A DNA stretch of 63,957 nucleotides, filler included, from Elsinoe ampelina (taxonomy: Eukaryota): assembly GCA_010093995.1 (NCBI GenBank). It is 5 parts of 4 records of this genome, joined end to end, with 100 filler letters (N's around TTAATTAATTAA, not from the genome) between each part and the next. Parts side by side here need not be neighbours in the genome. Positions count along the whole stretch, not along the records: positions 10,755 to 41,194 come from ML992515.1; positions 41,295 to 48,382 come from ML992516.1; positions 48,483 to 60,383 come from ML992517.1; 2 more parts are not named here. One strand, given 5' to 3'. Each line of letters starts with the position of its first letter. The stretch's first letter is position 1. The position numbers were made by a program, and so were the translations under genes. Of this stretch, positions 38,701 through 52,674 are shown in pieces. A model generated the notes under the pieces. That model saw only the letters and a list, made by a program, of their open reading frames with translations, was not told where the DNA came from and made no database searches.

Positions 38701-41294
38701 TAATTATACTTAGGAAATTCGAGTGTTTCTTTAATCTAGTCTACGTCTAGATTGTATTATTAAAGCTAGTCTATACTAAGTACTATATTATACTACATGT
38801 TAACTATATTAATTAATTGTTTTTCTATATATGTCCTAATTCTAATTATAACGTTTTATAGTTCCTAAGTAACTTTTCTATTCTTCCCTATAGAGGTTCT
38901 ATCCGCTATAGTAAGTAAGTAAGGTAACTCCTTTAATATTAATAAGGTTTAAGCTAATTAGTAACTGTTATAGAGACGTAGCTATAGTTAGCCCCCGAAT
39001 CTATTATTGCTCTTACCTTATTTCTCTATATCTAGACTTCTAGTATAAAGTAATTTAATATATAGATCTTTAATATATTAAGGCTTTAGCTAGTGTTATT
39101 ATCTTGCCTCGTTAGGCGACAACTAGCTAGTTTTTTGTTATTATAGCGCCTTAGATAAGTAGTTAATCCCTTCCCGCACGTATCTATTATTAATATTATA
39201 CCTATTAGGCTAGTTATGTCTTATTATTATTTAACATAGCAAGGTAGACTTCTAGTGCTTAAGTTCCTTAATAACTATAAAGTCTAATAATTCTCTATTA
39301 GTTACACTAAGTAGTATTACACACTTATATTAGTATAACTATTCTCTCTAGGTGTAGCTAGGTATTAGCATTAAAGACAAAAGCAGGTTAAGTAGATTTG
39401 TCTTGTCGTGTTCTATTCTAGTAATAGGTATATATTATTATATAGTTTCTCTATATCCCTATAAGGTATACTTTAAGTTGTCTACCTAGTAGTAGTACGT
39501 CGTCGTTGTTATTAGATAAATTATTATCTATGTTGTTACATTATAGTTGTTTAGTATATCCTTTGTTGTATTTCTCTTCGTCGCTACTGCCTCTAGTATA
39601 GTTATAGTTAGTAAGGCTATACTAAGTACATTCCCGTACTTAGCTATAGGGAATAGTACTATCTATTTCGATTACCGAGAAGTCTATAGTGTACTTAAGA
39701 CTAATAGCCTCTTCTCTAAGTACATTATGTAAGTAAATAGTATAGTACTATTCGCAATCTAGATTTATATATTTCTAGAGCGATATATAATATACCTTTC
39801 CTTGTAGTTCGCTATAAGAGCTAAAGGTAAGGCTACTATATTATTATATAGCACTTACGTCCTAATACTTTGTCTTAATAATTATATATTAGTAATTGTT
39901 ACTAACTACCTTCTAAGGTTAGTTAATGTTACTACTAATTATAGGGAGCTCTTCTAGGTTAGGTTCCTAGTCTAGCTATTTTATTAGTTGCCTATGCTTA
40001 GATAGCTTATATAGAAACTAACTAGATCTCTACTTGTCTAATAAGTAAATATAACAAGAGTTACTATAATATACTATCTATAATAGCATTGTATATTAGC
40101 TTTATTGTTTGCTATTAGTCGTAGAGATATTAAGCGTAATATCCGGAGAGGATTCTATTACCTCTTAAGTTATTATAGACTCCTTCTATATTTCCTTACC
40201 TACGCTAAAGATCGTTAGGTCTTCTATAGTAGTATTAGCCTTTTTCTCTACTAGCCCGGTAACTATTATATGTAATTTATTAGCTAGCGCCCCTTGTTAG
40301 TAGTCCCTAGCTTAATACCTAGGTCTTTTACACTTAAAACATAGATTGTCTTATCTATACTTCTCTCTCTCTTTTCTACTAAGGAACTTTCCTTTACGAC
40401 TTTAGCCTTATGCCTATAAGGGGCGACCTTCGCGTATAGCGTTAAGTTCTATAGAGTCTCTATAGTTTCGAGAGGAACGTATATATCTAGTGTTTACCTT
40501 ATATCCTCTATAACGTTCTATATATCGTTCGTAAAGTCGGTTATTAATAGTAATTATAGTATCTACTAGTTCTTAGAGGCTATTAGGCAACTCAAGTATT
40601 ATTTAGTCTTTAACTAAGTCGCTTAGTTCTTAGTAGAATACTAAATGTTTAGTACTATTATCCTAGTCTAGGTACATTACGAGTTGTTAGAACTAGGAAT
40701 AGTACTAGGCTATAGACCTACGTTGTTATAGTTGTTAGATCTTCGTCGCGGCGATACGTTCCTTATTAGATACGTTAAAGACTTACTTAATCTTTGCCTA
40801 GAAGATACTAAAGCTCTTAAAGATAGCCTTTATATCTAGGCCTAGTTATCTATCTAGGTAGCTACTTATATAAGGCTCGAACCACCTAAAGGTAGCGCCT
40901 TTAAGGTGTATTCCGGCATAGAGGACCTTTACTATGTCGTTAGCGTACTTATCTCTCTCTAGGGCGAAGAAGGCTTTAAGTTAAATAAGGAAGCGCCTTA
41001 AGTAGGCGTAGTTCCCGTAGAAGAGTTCTACTTCTAACTTAGGCTTACTCCGTCCTTCCCCTATACTAAGAGACCTTCTATGTTCGCCCGAGGTTAAACT
41101 AGTAATAGACATGTTATTAATAATAAGCTTTCCTAGCTTACTAGCAATCGAAGATGCTAATAGTAACTTAGAGTAAGAGTTACTTATTAACCTTNNNNNN
41201 NNNNNNNNNNNNNNNNNNNNNNNNNNNNNNNNNNNNNNTTAATTAATTAANNNNNNNNNNNNNNNNNNNNNNNNNNNNNNNNNNNNNNNNNNNN

Positions 41295-44200
41295 GTGCTT
41301 TATATACTAGCTTTTCTTCTTCTTCTTCTAAGTCTCGATATCTTAACGAATAGACGCAATTAACCCCCTTGTCTTACTAGTCGTAAACACTATATCGAGA
41401 CTTCGAACGACCGCGACTAAGTAACGAAGCCATTAAATTATCTAGTTATTCTACTACTTACGTAACTACTAACTATCACTTATAAAGAATCGAAGAAGAA
41501 GCTATTATAACTATAGTTCCCGCGTACACTATAATAGATCCTCGCTGCCGCTATGTAGGTTAATACTATAAACCCTAAAGATATAAGAAGAAGGTAATAA
41601 GTCGAGTTATAGACAACTCTTAAAGGAAGTAGGCTACTAGCTAAAAATTTTTAATATTCCCTTTGTTACGCGTTAACTTTTTACACTATTTTATTTACGA
41701 CTAACTATGCTAAGTATAGCTCGCTCTAACTACGGCGAAGATAATTGCCACGTAAGTAAGATTCCTTTACCCCTTACTAATAATAATAATAAACTAGTCT
41801 AGTCGGCCTATTACGACCTTATCTGCCTTAGTAACACTAACCTTAAGAAGAGGCTATAAGAGATAGACGAGATAACTACTCTATATAAGGCCTTTACCTT
41901 TGTTAAGTTCACTTATAACAAATGGGTTACTATATGTAACTTAGTATATACTAACGCTCTCGACCTACGTAACTAGTTAGATAACGCCCTAATAGAACTA
42001 GATACTACTAATAGCACTACCGACAATCTTACCGTCTAAACCGTATACTACCTCGTAGACATTAGCAAACTTAAGGCCGAACTAGCCTAGCTAAGAGCTA
42101 AGATAGGACGTACTATACTAGCTCTCTCTATACGTAGTACTATATTGTTCGAAAAGATACTAGACCCCGCTATCTTCTCTAGTAGCACTCTAGAACAGTT
42201 CGAGGTTTTTAAGCACTAGATAAAGAATAAGATACGCACTAATACTAACTATTTCCCTACCGAGGTAACCTAGTTTACCTATCTCTACTCGCGCCTTTCT
42301 AGCGAAGTATATACTCTTATTATAGACTCCGCCGGCGATAATACTCTCGACGTTAAAGCCGCTCTTAGTATCTTAGCCTAGCGCTTCGAAGACTCTAACT
42401 GTAAGGCTACTATATACGCCTAGTTCGCTAGCCTCTTCTAGTGTAATGCCTCTTTTAACTCCTTTATTAGCGAATTTAACAAGTACGCCCTTCGCGCTAA
42501 GATCGCTAAGGACAAATAGCTCTACTAGTTACGTTAGAAGATATCTAATAAACTACGCGTTGCCCTTGTTAACTTCGACACTAATAACCTCTTTACCTTT
42601 ATCGTAAAGGCCTACGCTACTAACTGTAATATCTAATAGAGTAACCTTATTACTAAGCGTACTTAGGCCTTACGCTCTAGCCTAGCTATAAGCTACGCTG
42701 CTACGGTACTAATCCGTGTGCCTTATTCTACTTCTACGCCTACTGCCTTAGCTACCTTCTACTCTATTACCGGAGGAGCCCTATAGCTCTTCCGTCCGGC
42801 TCTAACACTTACCTATTATATATGCGGTAAGCCTAGCTATATCTCTACTAAGTGCATAGCTAGCGCCTTAGAGAAGGCCGCTTACGCCGCTATATATCCT
42901 ATACGTATTAGCGCCGTAGAAGAGATATAATAGCTCTAGAATCGCTTAGCCGAATTAAGCAACTAAGTTAATACTAGTTTAGCTTACGAACTGGATCTAG
43001 TTTAGCCTTAGTTCGACCCTGAAATGGATTACAAGTCTACCGACCTATCCGGCTAGGGAAATAAGTAGCTAGAGGACGAGTTCTATCCTCTAGTAGAATA
43101 AGGGTAATTCGAGATAGATCCGGAGGTATACGGTTATTAAATAGCGTTGTTAGCTACTACATCTCCGCTATTATAACTCCTATTACTATTTACGACCTCT
43201 ATAACCGCTCTTACACTATTATACTTTAAGCCTTTATCGACACTAGCGCGCTTATTAGCGCCGTAGTTAACTATAACGTTCTCGACAAGCTAAAGAGTTT
43301 TAGCTGTCCGGTGGCACTAGCTAGCCCTATTTAGCTTTAGGCTTACAACGGTGTTCTAATAGAACAAGTCACTTATAGCGTCTCTCTTACTACTACCGTT
43401 TCTAGTAAGCTAAATAACCTTACTACCTTCTACATTATAGATATTAGCTAATTCGACATTATTCTCGGCCTTAGATAGCTTAAGGCTAATAGGGCCACTA
43501 TCGACTATAAGCATAGCTAAGTTATATATAAAGAAGAGTTTTCACCGACGGTTATTAAGTAGAAGCTGCCGTAGCTAATTAAAAGGCTAGAATCTAGATC
43601 TAAGCCCGGCTTAGATCTAGGAATCTAGCTCGGCAAAGCTACTACTCTAGTTCGGAACTAGTTCGGTTCTAATTTAACTCGCAAACTAGGTTCTAGCTCG
43701 GCTACTAAGATAGGACGAACTAGACTATATCGACTACTAGCTCTTAGGTCGAACTTTAAGCTAAATTAGAGAGAGTTTAAGCTAATCTCTTATAGCACTT
43801 AGCTAATGTATAAGTTCTTCTACGTACTTACCTACGTAAGTAACACTAAGTAAGAAGAGCCGACTATTGCTTTTATTAGCGCCGCTGCCTTCGTATTAGC
43901 GGCTAAATACTAAGAGAATAAGGTGTTTACAATCTCGGTAAAGGATATTAAGGACTACTACCGGATAGCTTCTAAGCTAGAACTAGACCCTATAGTAGTT
44001 CTCCTAGAAGAGCTACGGGAGTTTACTAATGTCTTCTCTAAAGAGTAATCTAATATACTTCCTCTATATCGGCCGAATTTCGACAATCGAATTATACTTA
44101 AAGATAGAGCTAAACTACTACGTACTAAACCCCTTTACCGCCTATTACTAGAGGAGCTCGACATAGTAGAGCTATTTATCCGTAAGCACCTTAATAAAGG

Positions 44201-47200
44201 CTTTATTACGCTAAGCTCGGCTAGCTATTCCTTGCCTATTCTCTTTGTTTGTAAGCCTAGTAGCGAACTCCGCCTTTACGTCGATTACTACGGCCTTAAT
44301 AAGGTAACTAAGTAAGACGTCTATCCTCTACCTCTTATCGAAGAAACACTTACGCGCGTAAGTAAAGCCGAATAGTTTAGCAAGATTAACATCTATTAAG
44401 CCTTCTACTGCCTCTATAACTCCGTCGATAGTAAAGACCTTACTATGTTCTCTATACGCATAAGTAACTTTAAGTAGTTAGTAATGCCGTTTAGCCTTAC
44501 TAACGCTCTTATAGTATAGTAGAGGTTTATAAATTATAACTTTGTCGACATACTCGAGCGCTTCGTGTTAATCTATCTTAATAACATTCTTATCTACACC
44601 GATAGTACTTGCCGAGAGCACGCCGAGTATATTAAGCTAGTACTCTAACATCTCTACGATTTAGGCCTAAACGCCGACATTAAGAAGAGTAAGTTCTACC
44701 TAACAGAAGTAAAGTATCTTAGTATTATTGTTAGTCGAGATAGAGTTAAAATAGATCTAAAGAAGGTCGAAGCTATATAAGCCTAGAAACAACTAGCCCC
44801 TAGTAATACTACTTAGGTAAGAAGCTTTATTAGTTTCTATAGCTACTATCGCTACTTTATTAAGGGATTTAGCACTATCGCTAAGCTATTAAACGACCTA
44901 CTTAAGAAGGACACTACGCTATAGAACGATAAGTATACTACTACGTTTAACTATATAAAGTATACTATTATAAGTGTCTCTATCTTAGCGCACTTCGATC
45001 GCTCGAAGTAAGTAGTCGTCGAGACTAACGCCTCTAATACTACTACTACTAGGATCCTGTTGTAATATAACAATTCCGACGTTCTCTAGCCTATTACCTT
45101 CTTTAGTAAATCTATAAGTAAAGCCGAACGCAACTACGTAATCTACGACAAGGAGCTATTAGTAATCGTCTAAGCCTTTAAGGAATAGGCCCCTAAGCTT
45201 ATAAGCACTTAATCCGATAAGGCTATTTACGTCCTTACTAACTACTAATCCTTAATGCATTTTATAAAGACTTAAAAGCTATTACGCCGCTAAGCGCGCT
45301 AGGCCCTTTACCTCGCGTAGTTTAACTTTAAGATTATATATAGGCCTAGCGCCGCTAACGGCAAGGCCGACACACTTATAAGAAGGAATAGAGACGTGCT
45401 ATATTCGAAGGAGGACCCTAATCTACGCTAGACGCTATTAGCGTACAAAGTACTAAATTAGCGCATTATCGACGAACTAAATCTAGGTCGTATCCGAGCT
45501 AGATTGCTAATCTAGGCTAAACTAAGATCCAGTTTAGCACCTATTTCGCCGCCTATTTCGGCTTACGAGCTAGGCACCTATATAGTACCTATCTCTGCCG
45601 TAGAAGAGCCTTTACCCCTTTTCGACGAAGTAGCTAAAGCTAACTTATAAGACCTTAACTTCGAGACAGTTCGCGGCGTCTACTATATAATAGAAGCCTT
45701 CCTAAAGAGGAAATAGTTACTGTCGACCGATATTACGATCGAGAAGAGAATACTATACGCCGCCGGCCGATTAATTATACCTTTCTCTATAGCTGTAAAA
45801 GTTATCTAAGGAGTCTATATATCGAAGGATTATACACACGAAGGGGCTACTAAGACGGCTACTATAATTAAGTCTACTTTCTATATCCCTAGGTGCGATC
45901 CTAACGTTAAGAGGTTTGTTACTAACTGTTACAACTATAAGCGCTTAAAGGCTCGCTATAGCTTACTAGCCGGCCCCCTATCGCTATTGCCTATTCCGGT
46001 TAGGCCCTAGTAATACATTACTATAGACTTCGTTACTAGCCTACCTCTAGTAGATAACTATAACGCGGTGCTATGTGTTATCGATTACTTGTCTAAGGAA
46101 CGACACTTAATCCCTTACTTCTAGGGAGAAGGAGAAACCTCTATATTCGAGATAGCTAAGCTATTATTCTTCTATGTATAGAAACTACATAGCCTACTAG
46201 ATAGTATCACCTCGGATCGTAGCCCTTAGTTCGTTAGCGACGTATAGAAGAGGCTCTACTAAATCCTAAAGATTACTACTAAACTATCTACTATAGGGTA
46301 TCTATAGACAGACGGCTAATTAGAGGTTATAAATCGTAAGTTCAAGCGAGTTATCTATTTATACGCTACACGCTTTAGTAATTAGACCCTTGTTCTACTA
46401 GTTATAGAGTTCTCCGCTAACGTTAACCTATTAGAGAGTACTAAGCTATTACCATTCGAGGTTACTAGAGGATACAAGCTAAGGCTAAGCTTCTAACCCC
46501 CTTCTAACACACTATTAACAAGAGCTAAGCTAAATAAGGTCGACATCTACGCACTTGCTAAACAACTAGAAGAAGCGCTAGTTATTACTAAAGCTAACCT
46601 CGCTATTGCCTAATTACGCATAGTAGAATAAGCTAATAAGCACTACTAGCCGATAGAGTTCGAGGTAGGCGATTTAGTATAGTTATTAACAAAGAACCTC
46701 TAGCTATATAGTAATCTAAAGCTGCTACTAAAACACGTTAGTCCGTATAAGATCCTCGAGAAGTAGTTACTATTAGTATATAAGCTAGATCTACTAGCCG
46801 CGCTATAACAAATCTACCCTATGTTCTACGCTAATCTACTTACTAAGTATCTAAATAACTCTCTACTAGGCTAAGCCTTTAAGGAACCGCCTCCGATAGA
46901 AGTCGACGGTAAAGAGGAATACGAGGTAGACGACGTAGTTAACGTACGTATACTACGTAGTAAACTAGTTACTTGTATAAGCTAGAAGAGCTATCCGGAG
47001 GATCTTACCTAGTAGCTAATTAACAATCTTAAAGGAGTAGCCGACGTGCTACGTAACTATCTAGACTCTTATATAGATAAGCTAAGGCTAAAATAGATTA
47101 ATAAATAATATATAATAGTGTTTAAGAGTAAACGCGCTTAAGAGGGAGAGTAGTAATGCGAGATAGATACGAACTAGATTTAGTTAGAATGTAGTTCAGA

Positions 47201-47357
47201 TTGGTCACGTAATCTCGGCATCGCGGCCCGGGCTTCCGGCCGCTCCGCCCTCGATATCACGCGTGCTTTATATACTAGCTTTTCTTCTTCTTCTTCTAAG
47301 TCTCGATATCTTAACGAATAGACGCAATTAACCCCCTTGTCTTACTAGTCGTAAACA
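41295..47357 (+). mobile_element. Near full-length RIP'd chromoviral Gypsy retrotransposon, family A (copy A2)
   Basis: 5' LTR remnant 41295-41389 is identical to 47263-47357. Domains in order: gag knuckle (~42814-42855), protease AFIDT (~43231), RT IYLNNILIY (de-RIP YLDD, ~44571), RNase H ETNAS and NYVIYDKELL, integrase IDFVTSLP / TSDRSP*F / *TDG*LE, chromodomain EEYEVDDVV (~46914). PPT at ~47141-47153. Confidence 0.95.
47154..47357 (+). repeat. 3' LTR of Gypsy A2 (~204 bp)
   Basis: Follows the PPT agagggagagtag and ends ...gtaaaca. The last 95 bp are duplicated at 41295-41389, and the reverse-complement homolog lies at 60530-60731. Confidence 0.88.
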
Positions 47358-49085
47358 AACAACAAGTTGCTTCCTCTATTTATTAATAGGTTAAGGATCT
47401 AGTTTAGGATGTTAGTATTACTCCTTTTATTCTTTAATAGGGGTAGATAATTATTGTTTATATCTAGGAATTAAAGAGTAGTTAGATATTAGTTGTTTAG
47501 CTTAAGGTTATTTAGCCTAAGTAGTTTATAGATTCTTATAACTAAAGGGTAGTTAATTATAGCTATAGTCTTAATTATAATTACTACTAAATATCTACTC
47601 CCCCTAAAGCTATAAAGCCTTAGGTTATTATACCTATAGGATATATAGCTATTTAATAACTTATGTTACCTAGTCTTTATAGACTATATTCTTATTAAAT
47701 ATTATATAGAGTAATATAATAATCTTTCTCTTCTAGGCTTACTAAGTATAATACTAATAGAGTATCTAGATAAGATAATTAGTTATTAAGTTATTCTATA
47801 TACTAATATACTAACTAAGTAGTACTCTAGCTTAGAATTTGTATAATTTAGAAACATGTTAGTTATAGATATAGGCTCTATAGCTAAAGTGTCTAATATA
47901 AGTTAATAAGACTAGCCTATTATTATTAAGAAGATTCTTTCTTAGCTCTTGTATAAGAATCTTCTTAGTTTTAGTATAGGTAATTCTATTGCTAATATAG
48001 ATTATAAACTCTATAACTATATATTAGAGTTTAAGGGGTGTTTTATAATTAATAAAGATATACCTTATTCTAAGAATAACTACTTTATTAGTAGCCTTAG
48101 ATTTACTATTTTAGTATTAAGTATTAGATATAGAGATATTCTATCTCTACTCTTTAAGATAAATAGCTATTACTAGTTTATAGTTCTTAAATTTACCTCC
48201 TCTATTAGAGATAAAGATAAATAAAAGCTTATTATAGGCCATTTTATTCCTTATATAGATAAGTTTAATTACTACTAGTATATTACTCTTAAGGAAGAGA
48301 ATAGTAATAAACTTATACTTGCTTTTACTATATATTATAAAGAGAAGGTATCTATAGCCCTTACTTAACTATAGTTTAATAGNNNNNNNNNNNNNNNNNN
48401 NNNNNNNNNNNNNNNNNNNNNNNNNNTTAATTAATTAANNNNNNNNNNNNNNNNNNNNNNNNNNNNNNNNNNNNNNNNNNNNTTCCTAACCTTATAGATT
48501 GCCTTAGTGCCTTTACTAGCATCTAGGGCTAGTTCTTTAGGCTTTATAACTACTAGTATCTAGTCGATGTTATAAATTATATATATAAGTATATCCTTTT
48601 TAAGGAGAGCTACCTTAAGGGTTAATCTTTAAGTATTATAGTTACTGCCTCTCTTAAGAATCTAAGTCTCGAGTATTTTTGCTAATCTAGACATAATAAT
48701 AGTAATTAGCTAAAGGCCTATTAATTTAATTAATATAATTAGCTTATTTAAGCCGTTTAAACTGTTTAATTAAAGGGTTAATGTAGGCTACTATAAGTAT
48801 TTATCTTAATGTAGCTAGTCTAGAATTTAGTGTAGGCGGCTTAGTAATCCTTTTAATAATGACACGCTTAATTTGCTATAGCTTTAAGTGCTTTTATAGA
48901 AGCGCCAGGCTTATAACCTGTTATAACTAGCAAATCGGATCGAGAGATGTGTGTTTTATTTAGAGAGTTATAATAACCAATTTATCTACTATGCGTGCGC
49001 TAACTCATTAGTACTAGTTCTTCAGTACTAGAGAAGCTGTACTAGCCTTCCATTACAATACATACCTACTAGTATTGTTCCTACA
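47358..49085 (-). mobile_element. RIP'd Copia remnant (copy 2), split by a linker gap and interrupted by Gypsy A2
   Basis: An integrase N-terminal-like segment (GGSRY-type) lies on the minus strand at ~47590-47640. The LTR/PBS junction ACA|GGTTATAAGCC is on the minus strand at 48908-48921. Confidence 0.7.
48919..49085 (-). repeat. 5' LTR of Copia copy 2 (~167 bp)
   Basis: Termini tgt...aca, adjacent to the ggcttataacc junction motif. It marks the left edge of the gene island. Confidence 0.7.
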
Positions 49086-49463
49086 GCGCCCGTCGTTGTA
49101 CTATAGATCACCTAGCGCATTAGGCAGGTGCGAATGCTAGAGGAGATTAATAGACGCCATCCCGGTCGTTATCTGCATAACTTGACGATCGGCATGGCTG
49201 CCGAATGGCAAACATCTTCCCTGTTTGTGCTAGTCCCTGAGCAGAACCGCCACTTTTTTCGCCATGTGGCTGCGGCTAGATGCGAGATGAGCGAAATTTA
49301 AGCAAACGAGCAAGCAGCCTTGGAAAACCTTGTCCCCGCTTGAAGGGCTTACATAATCTGATGGAGCAGATTTTGGGAATTGAATTTAACAGTGGGGTAA
49401 TTTGTGATGAATAAGCAAGCGCTGTCCTGGATCCAGCATAACCAACTCCATACAGTCCAAAGA

Positions 49464-51933
49464 TCAATATTCCGCCAGCTTCAGTTTCTTTCCCACCTCC
49501 CTCCGCTTGGCCGCTGCTATGGCTGAGCCATTATCCCGATGACCTTCCTCGCCGGATTTGAGTGCTTGCATGAGCATGCCAGCGTCGAAGAAGCCATCTA
49601 CACGTCGTTAGCTGTGTGCGGAGCAGGAGTCGATCGAGATACTCACAACCACCCAGTCCCTCATCGTCACTCGGTGTACCCTCTTCTCTCTTCCCATCCA
49701 CTGTCTCAATTGCCCTTCCTCGGCTCTTCAGTCGACCCTTGCCGCTCTCCTCGGCCTCTCTCACTCTGCTGTTGCCCTTTCCTACGCTCTCGCCCCTCTT
49801 GACAGTCCGGAGTACTCTCCTTATCTCGACAAAGTATGCTTCGATGGCATCGACAAATCGCTTGGTCTGCCTGTGCTTGCTACTGGCACAGATGCTGACG
49901 CTTCCGTCTTTGATGATGTAGCCAATACCGAATCCATCTCCACTTGTGGGACCGAATCCAAAATGCCGTAATGAAGGATTGCCACAATTACTCGTCGATA
50001 GGATTGTGTTGTTTAGCTTGTCCCAACCAGCGTCGGCAAAAAGTGCTGGCATGCTGTGATTGGCAGTGTTTGTTCTCCTCGCAGGGCTGATTTCCTCGTC
50101 CACGCTCATACCGCTGCTGATGGGACTTGAAGCGCCATTTGGACTTGTGCTCGTCGCAACAGAAGATGCTTGACTCTGTATCTCCTGATCCATTTGTCTT
50201 TGCCAGACACAGAACAGGGCGTATAAATGACGGTCTTGTCCTTGCGCTTTTGCAGACTCCTTGGTGATGGCAGTATGCTTCTCGCATGCTTTCCGCAGAG
50301 TGTTGACCTTGTCTTGAGGAGGGTTTTCACCCCAGAAAGTCTTGACAAAGTTGGATGACTCCTGTGTGACAGACCGAATGGCTTCCGTGCGTCCGTGGTA
50401 GTAAATCTTGGTCATCGCAGGTTCGTATGTACACTCCATCCGACCATAAAGGCCGTAGTATGCGGCTTGAAAGGCCATTTGCACAAATGCATCTGGCGAG
50501 AAACCCATGGAGGTCATGAAGTTTTTGCCATAATTCGAGAATTCGAGTGTAGCAAATTCGTTCTGTCCGATCAGATCAGCGAGACGGGTTTCAGCGAAAC
50601 GAAGAGCAGTCGAGACTTCTGGGACCATGTCCCATTCCAATTTGTGAGGCGTGGTAGAAACGTCACCAAACGAGTCTGGGTCTCGCTTGGAAGGATCCGG
50701 GGACATAGTGGTCCAGAGGGATGGTGCTTGACCGTTGATGGTGCGTGCGAAACGAAGGATGGTGTCCGTGTAGACATCGGAGGCGAATCGAAGGACCGTG
50801 TGACCATCCACACCCGTATGTTCGAAGTTGATGCCCGCAGATCCGTTCTTGCAGACGATGATCTGGAGCTTGTCGTACCAGCGATTGGTGCAGGTACCGA
50901 CTTGGATACCCTTCTCAACTTCGGAAGTACCGCAAAGCATGTTCATGCACAGATCGGATGGCGTTTTGGGTTCCGTGTAATCCAGGCACAAAATGAAAAG
51001 GGCGGTGTCTACAATGTCTAGACAATCAGAGTTGTTGCTGCCCTCGTCGCGAGAAAGAACGTCTCTGAGACTAGACCAGACTTTACGGTTCTCTGTCGAT
51101 AGCACACCGACGGCTCCCTTGGCGGCATCTTGGATCGGCGTCTGACTGGCATCATCGATGATTGTCTGGAGATTGATGGAAATATCCTTTTCAGTCATGA
51201 TGAGATCCGAGTTCTCGTCCATCACATCGAACCAGTAGAATTGACCATGAGCCATGACTACGACGTGTTTCGATTCTGAGTCCTGACCTATATGGCATCC
51301 ATTCTCGGTAGGTATCCTGGCGGTGCCAAACATTCTGCTGTATTGGTACATGTCCAAAGGTTGACCTCGAAGGGTATCTGGTGGTAGTTCCTCCTTCCGA
51401 ACTGCTCGGACAAATGACAAGGCCGACACTACCAGCGAAGCGGCTCGTGTGACCTGGTTGTTCCTAGCAGGTGTGGGGTCATCCTCAAGTAAGAAGAATG
51501 GGTTGAGATTGAGTACGACAGGATTGTCAAAGTTGAGATACGAATCATACCAGAACTGCTCGATATAGCTGGTCTTTCCTGCAGCATACTTTTTGAGCTT
51601 GTCTTGCAGTTCCTGTCCTTCACTTCTCAGGAATTCATGGACGGCGGATTCGGTATCGGCATGTTCTCGCGGCGTTTGAAGTGGTTGGAGAGCGGCAAGA
51701 TACTTCTTCATGCTCGACTCCAGCTCCGGGATGGGTAATCGCGGAAGCTTGTCTTGGGCAGCGAATGTAATGCCCGGCTTGGAGGCGCCATTTTTGTGAG
51801 AGGCCAAAGGATTCTTTTCAGCCTTTGAGTATTCGTCGGCGGCATCTTTTGCGGCGGCAGCTGAGCGATCTGATTCTGCACTTGCCATGGTCTCTCCCAT
51901 AGAAGATGGCAGGGTGATTCTTCGTACTGTCAT
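49464..51933 (-). CDS. facC: Carnitine O-acetyltransferase, FacC/Yat1 type; join(49464..49597,49647..51933)
   Basis: Motifs LPRLPIPEL, NRWYDK, catalytic EHTGVDG, SPDAFVQ, YEPAMTK..GRTE, DRHLYAL and LSTSNCG. A 49-bp GTGAGT..CTAAC..TAG intron (49598-49646) restores the conserved end GLGGYGFFDAG...EVGKKLKLAEY*. The start could be a downstream ATG. Confidence 0.92.
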
Positions 51934-52674
51934 GGTAATATGTCAGTCTAGCTGTATAGCGGCGAGACGGCGGTCGCTATGGAAAGCAGACGCAAAGCTG
52001 TGCGGTAGAAATAATGACAGTCGTGGAGGTAAAGGACCTGCATTTGGGCCAATCTGTCCAAGATTGAAATGCAAAGATTCAAGGTCGCGTGGGCGGGGAG
52101 AGTATATGATATGGTCCGCTGAACGTTTGGAACTCCAGGTCTTTGCATGTGATAGAATGCCGAGCCCGGGCTGCTCCACCGTGCTCGGTCGTAAGGATGC
52201 CTCGAATGAAGAACACGAAGGGACTCACCAGTGACTGCCCCGATTGATCCGCGGACAGTGTAGATAGAGTCTCTAGTCCAGCACTCAAGATCAGCAACTC
52301 AGCCGGGGAGATGTACAGTAGTTCTGCGTAACATGCCTTTTGGAACCTGCCCGCTTATGACGTGTGTAGCGCCCCTCTCGGCCGAGGGGATTGCTGGAGA
52401 TGACGGGAACGCTGTGTCTCAAATTGAAAGGTATGAAGGTGGACACTGCAGTGAAGTTCGATTTACCTGTTGCTCAAATAAGTTGCACAGGCACTGTCTG
52501 TCAACAACGAGCATTTTGTATTTTCTCGGTCCTGTGATGACCTCGGGGCCAGCCGATTGACAGGTCCCGGGGAAGCGGAGCAACAGGCAAAGATGTGGGG
52601 GTTCCTTGGCGGTTTGGCACGTATGAGCCTCAGGTCGTTCGTCCAAGCATCTCGATCACGACTCGCAATGCTCT

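Larger units (their letters stand above)
34673..41194 (-). mobile_element. RIP-degraded chromoviral Gypsy retrotransposon, family B (copy B2)
   Basis: Colinear with B1 throughout. Protease RAIIDSGA is intact at ~38991-39014 and the gag N-terminus (KPKLEVELFYGNYAYLRRFL) lies at ~40985-41047. Ends at the linker gap. Confidence 0.92.

Noticed and set aside
28422..48176. Short ORFs 28422-28646, 39547-39732 and 47949-48176
   Set aside because: Chance frames in RIP'd DNA, antisense to the degraded coding strand and rich in I/L/Y/S.
49531..49646. C-terminus CEYLDRLLL...GRSSG of the 800-aa ORF
   Set aside because: Read-through of the 49-bp intron. Splicing gives the conserved GYGFFDAG end with a stop at 49464.
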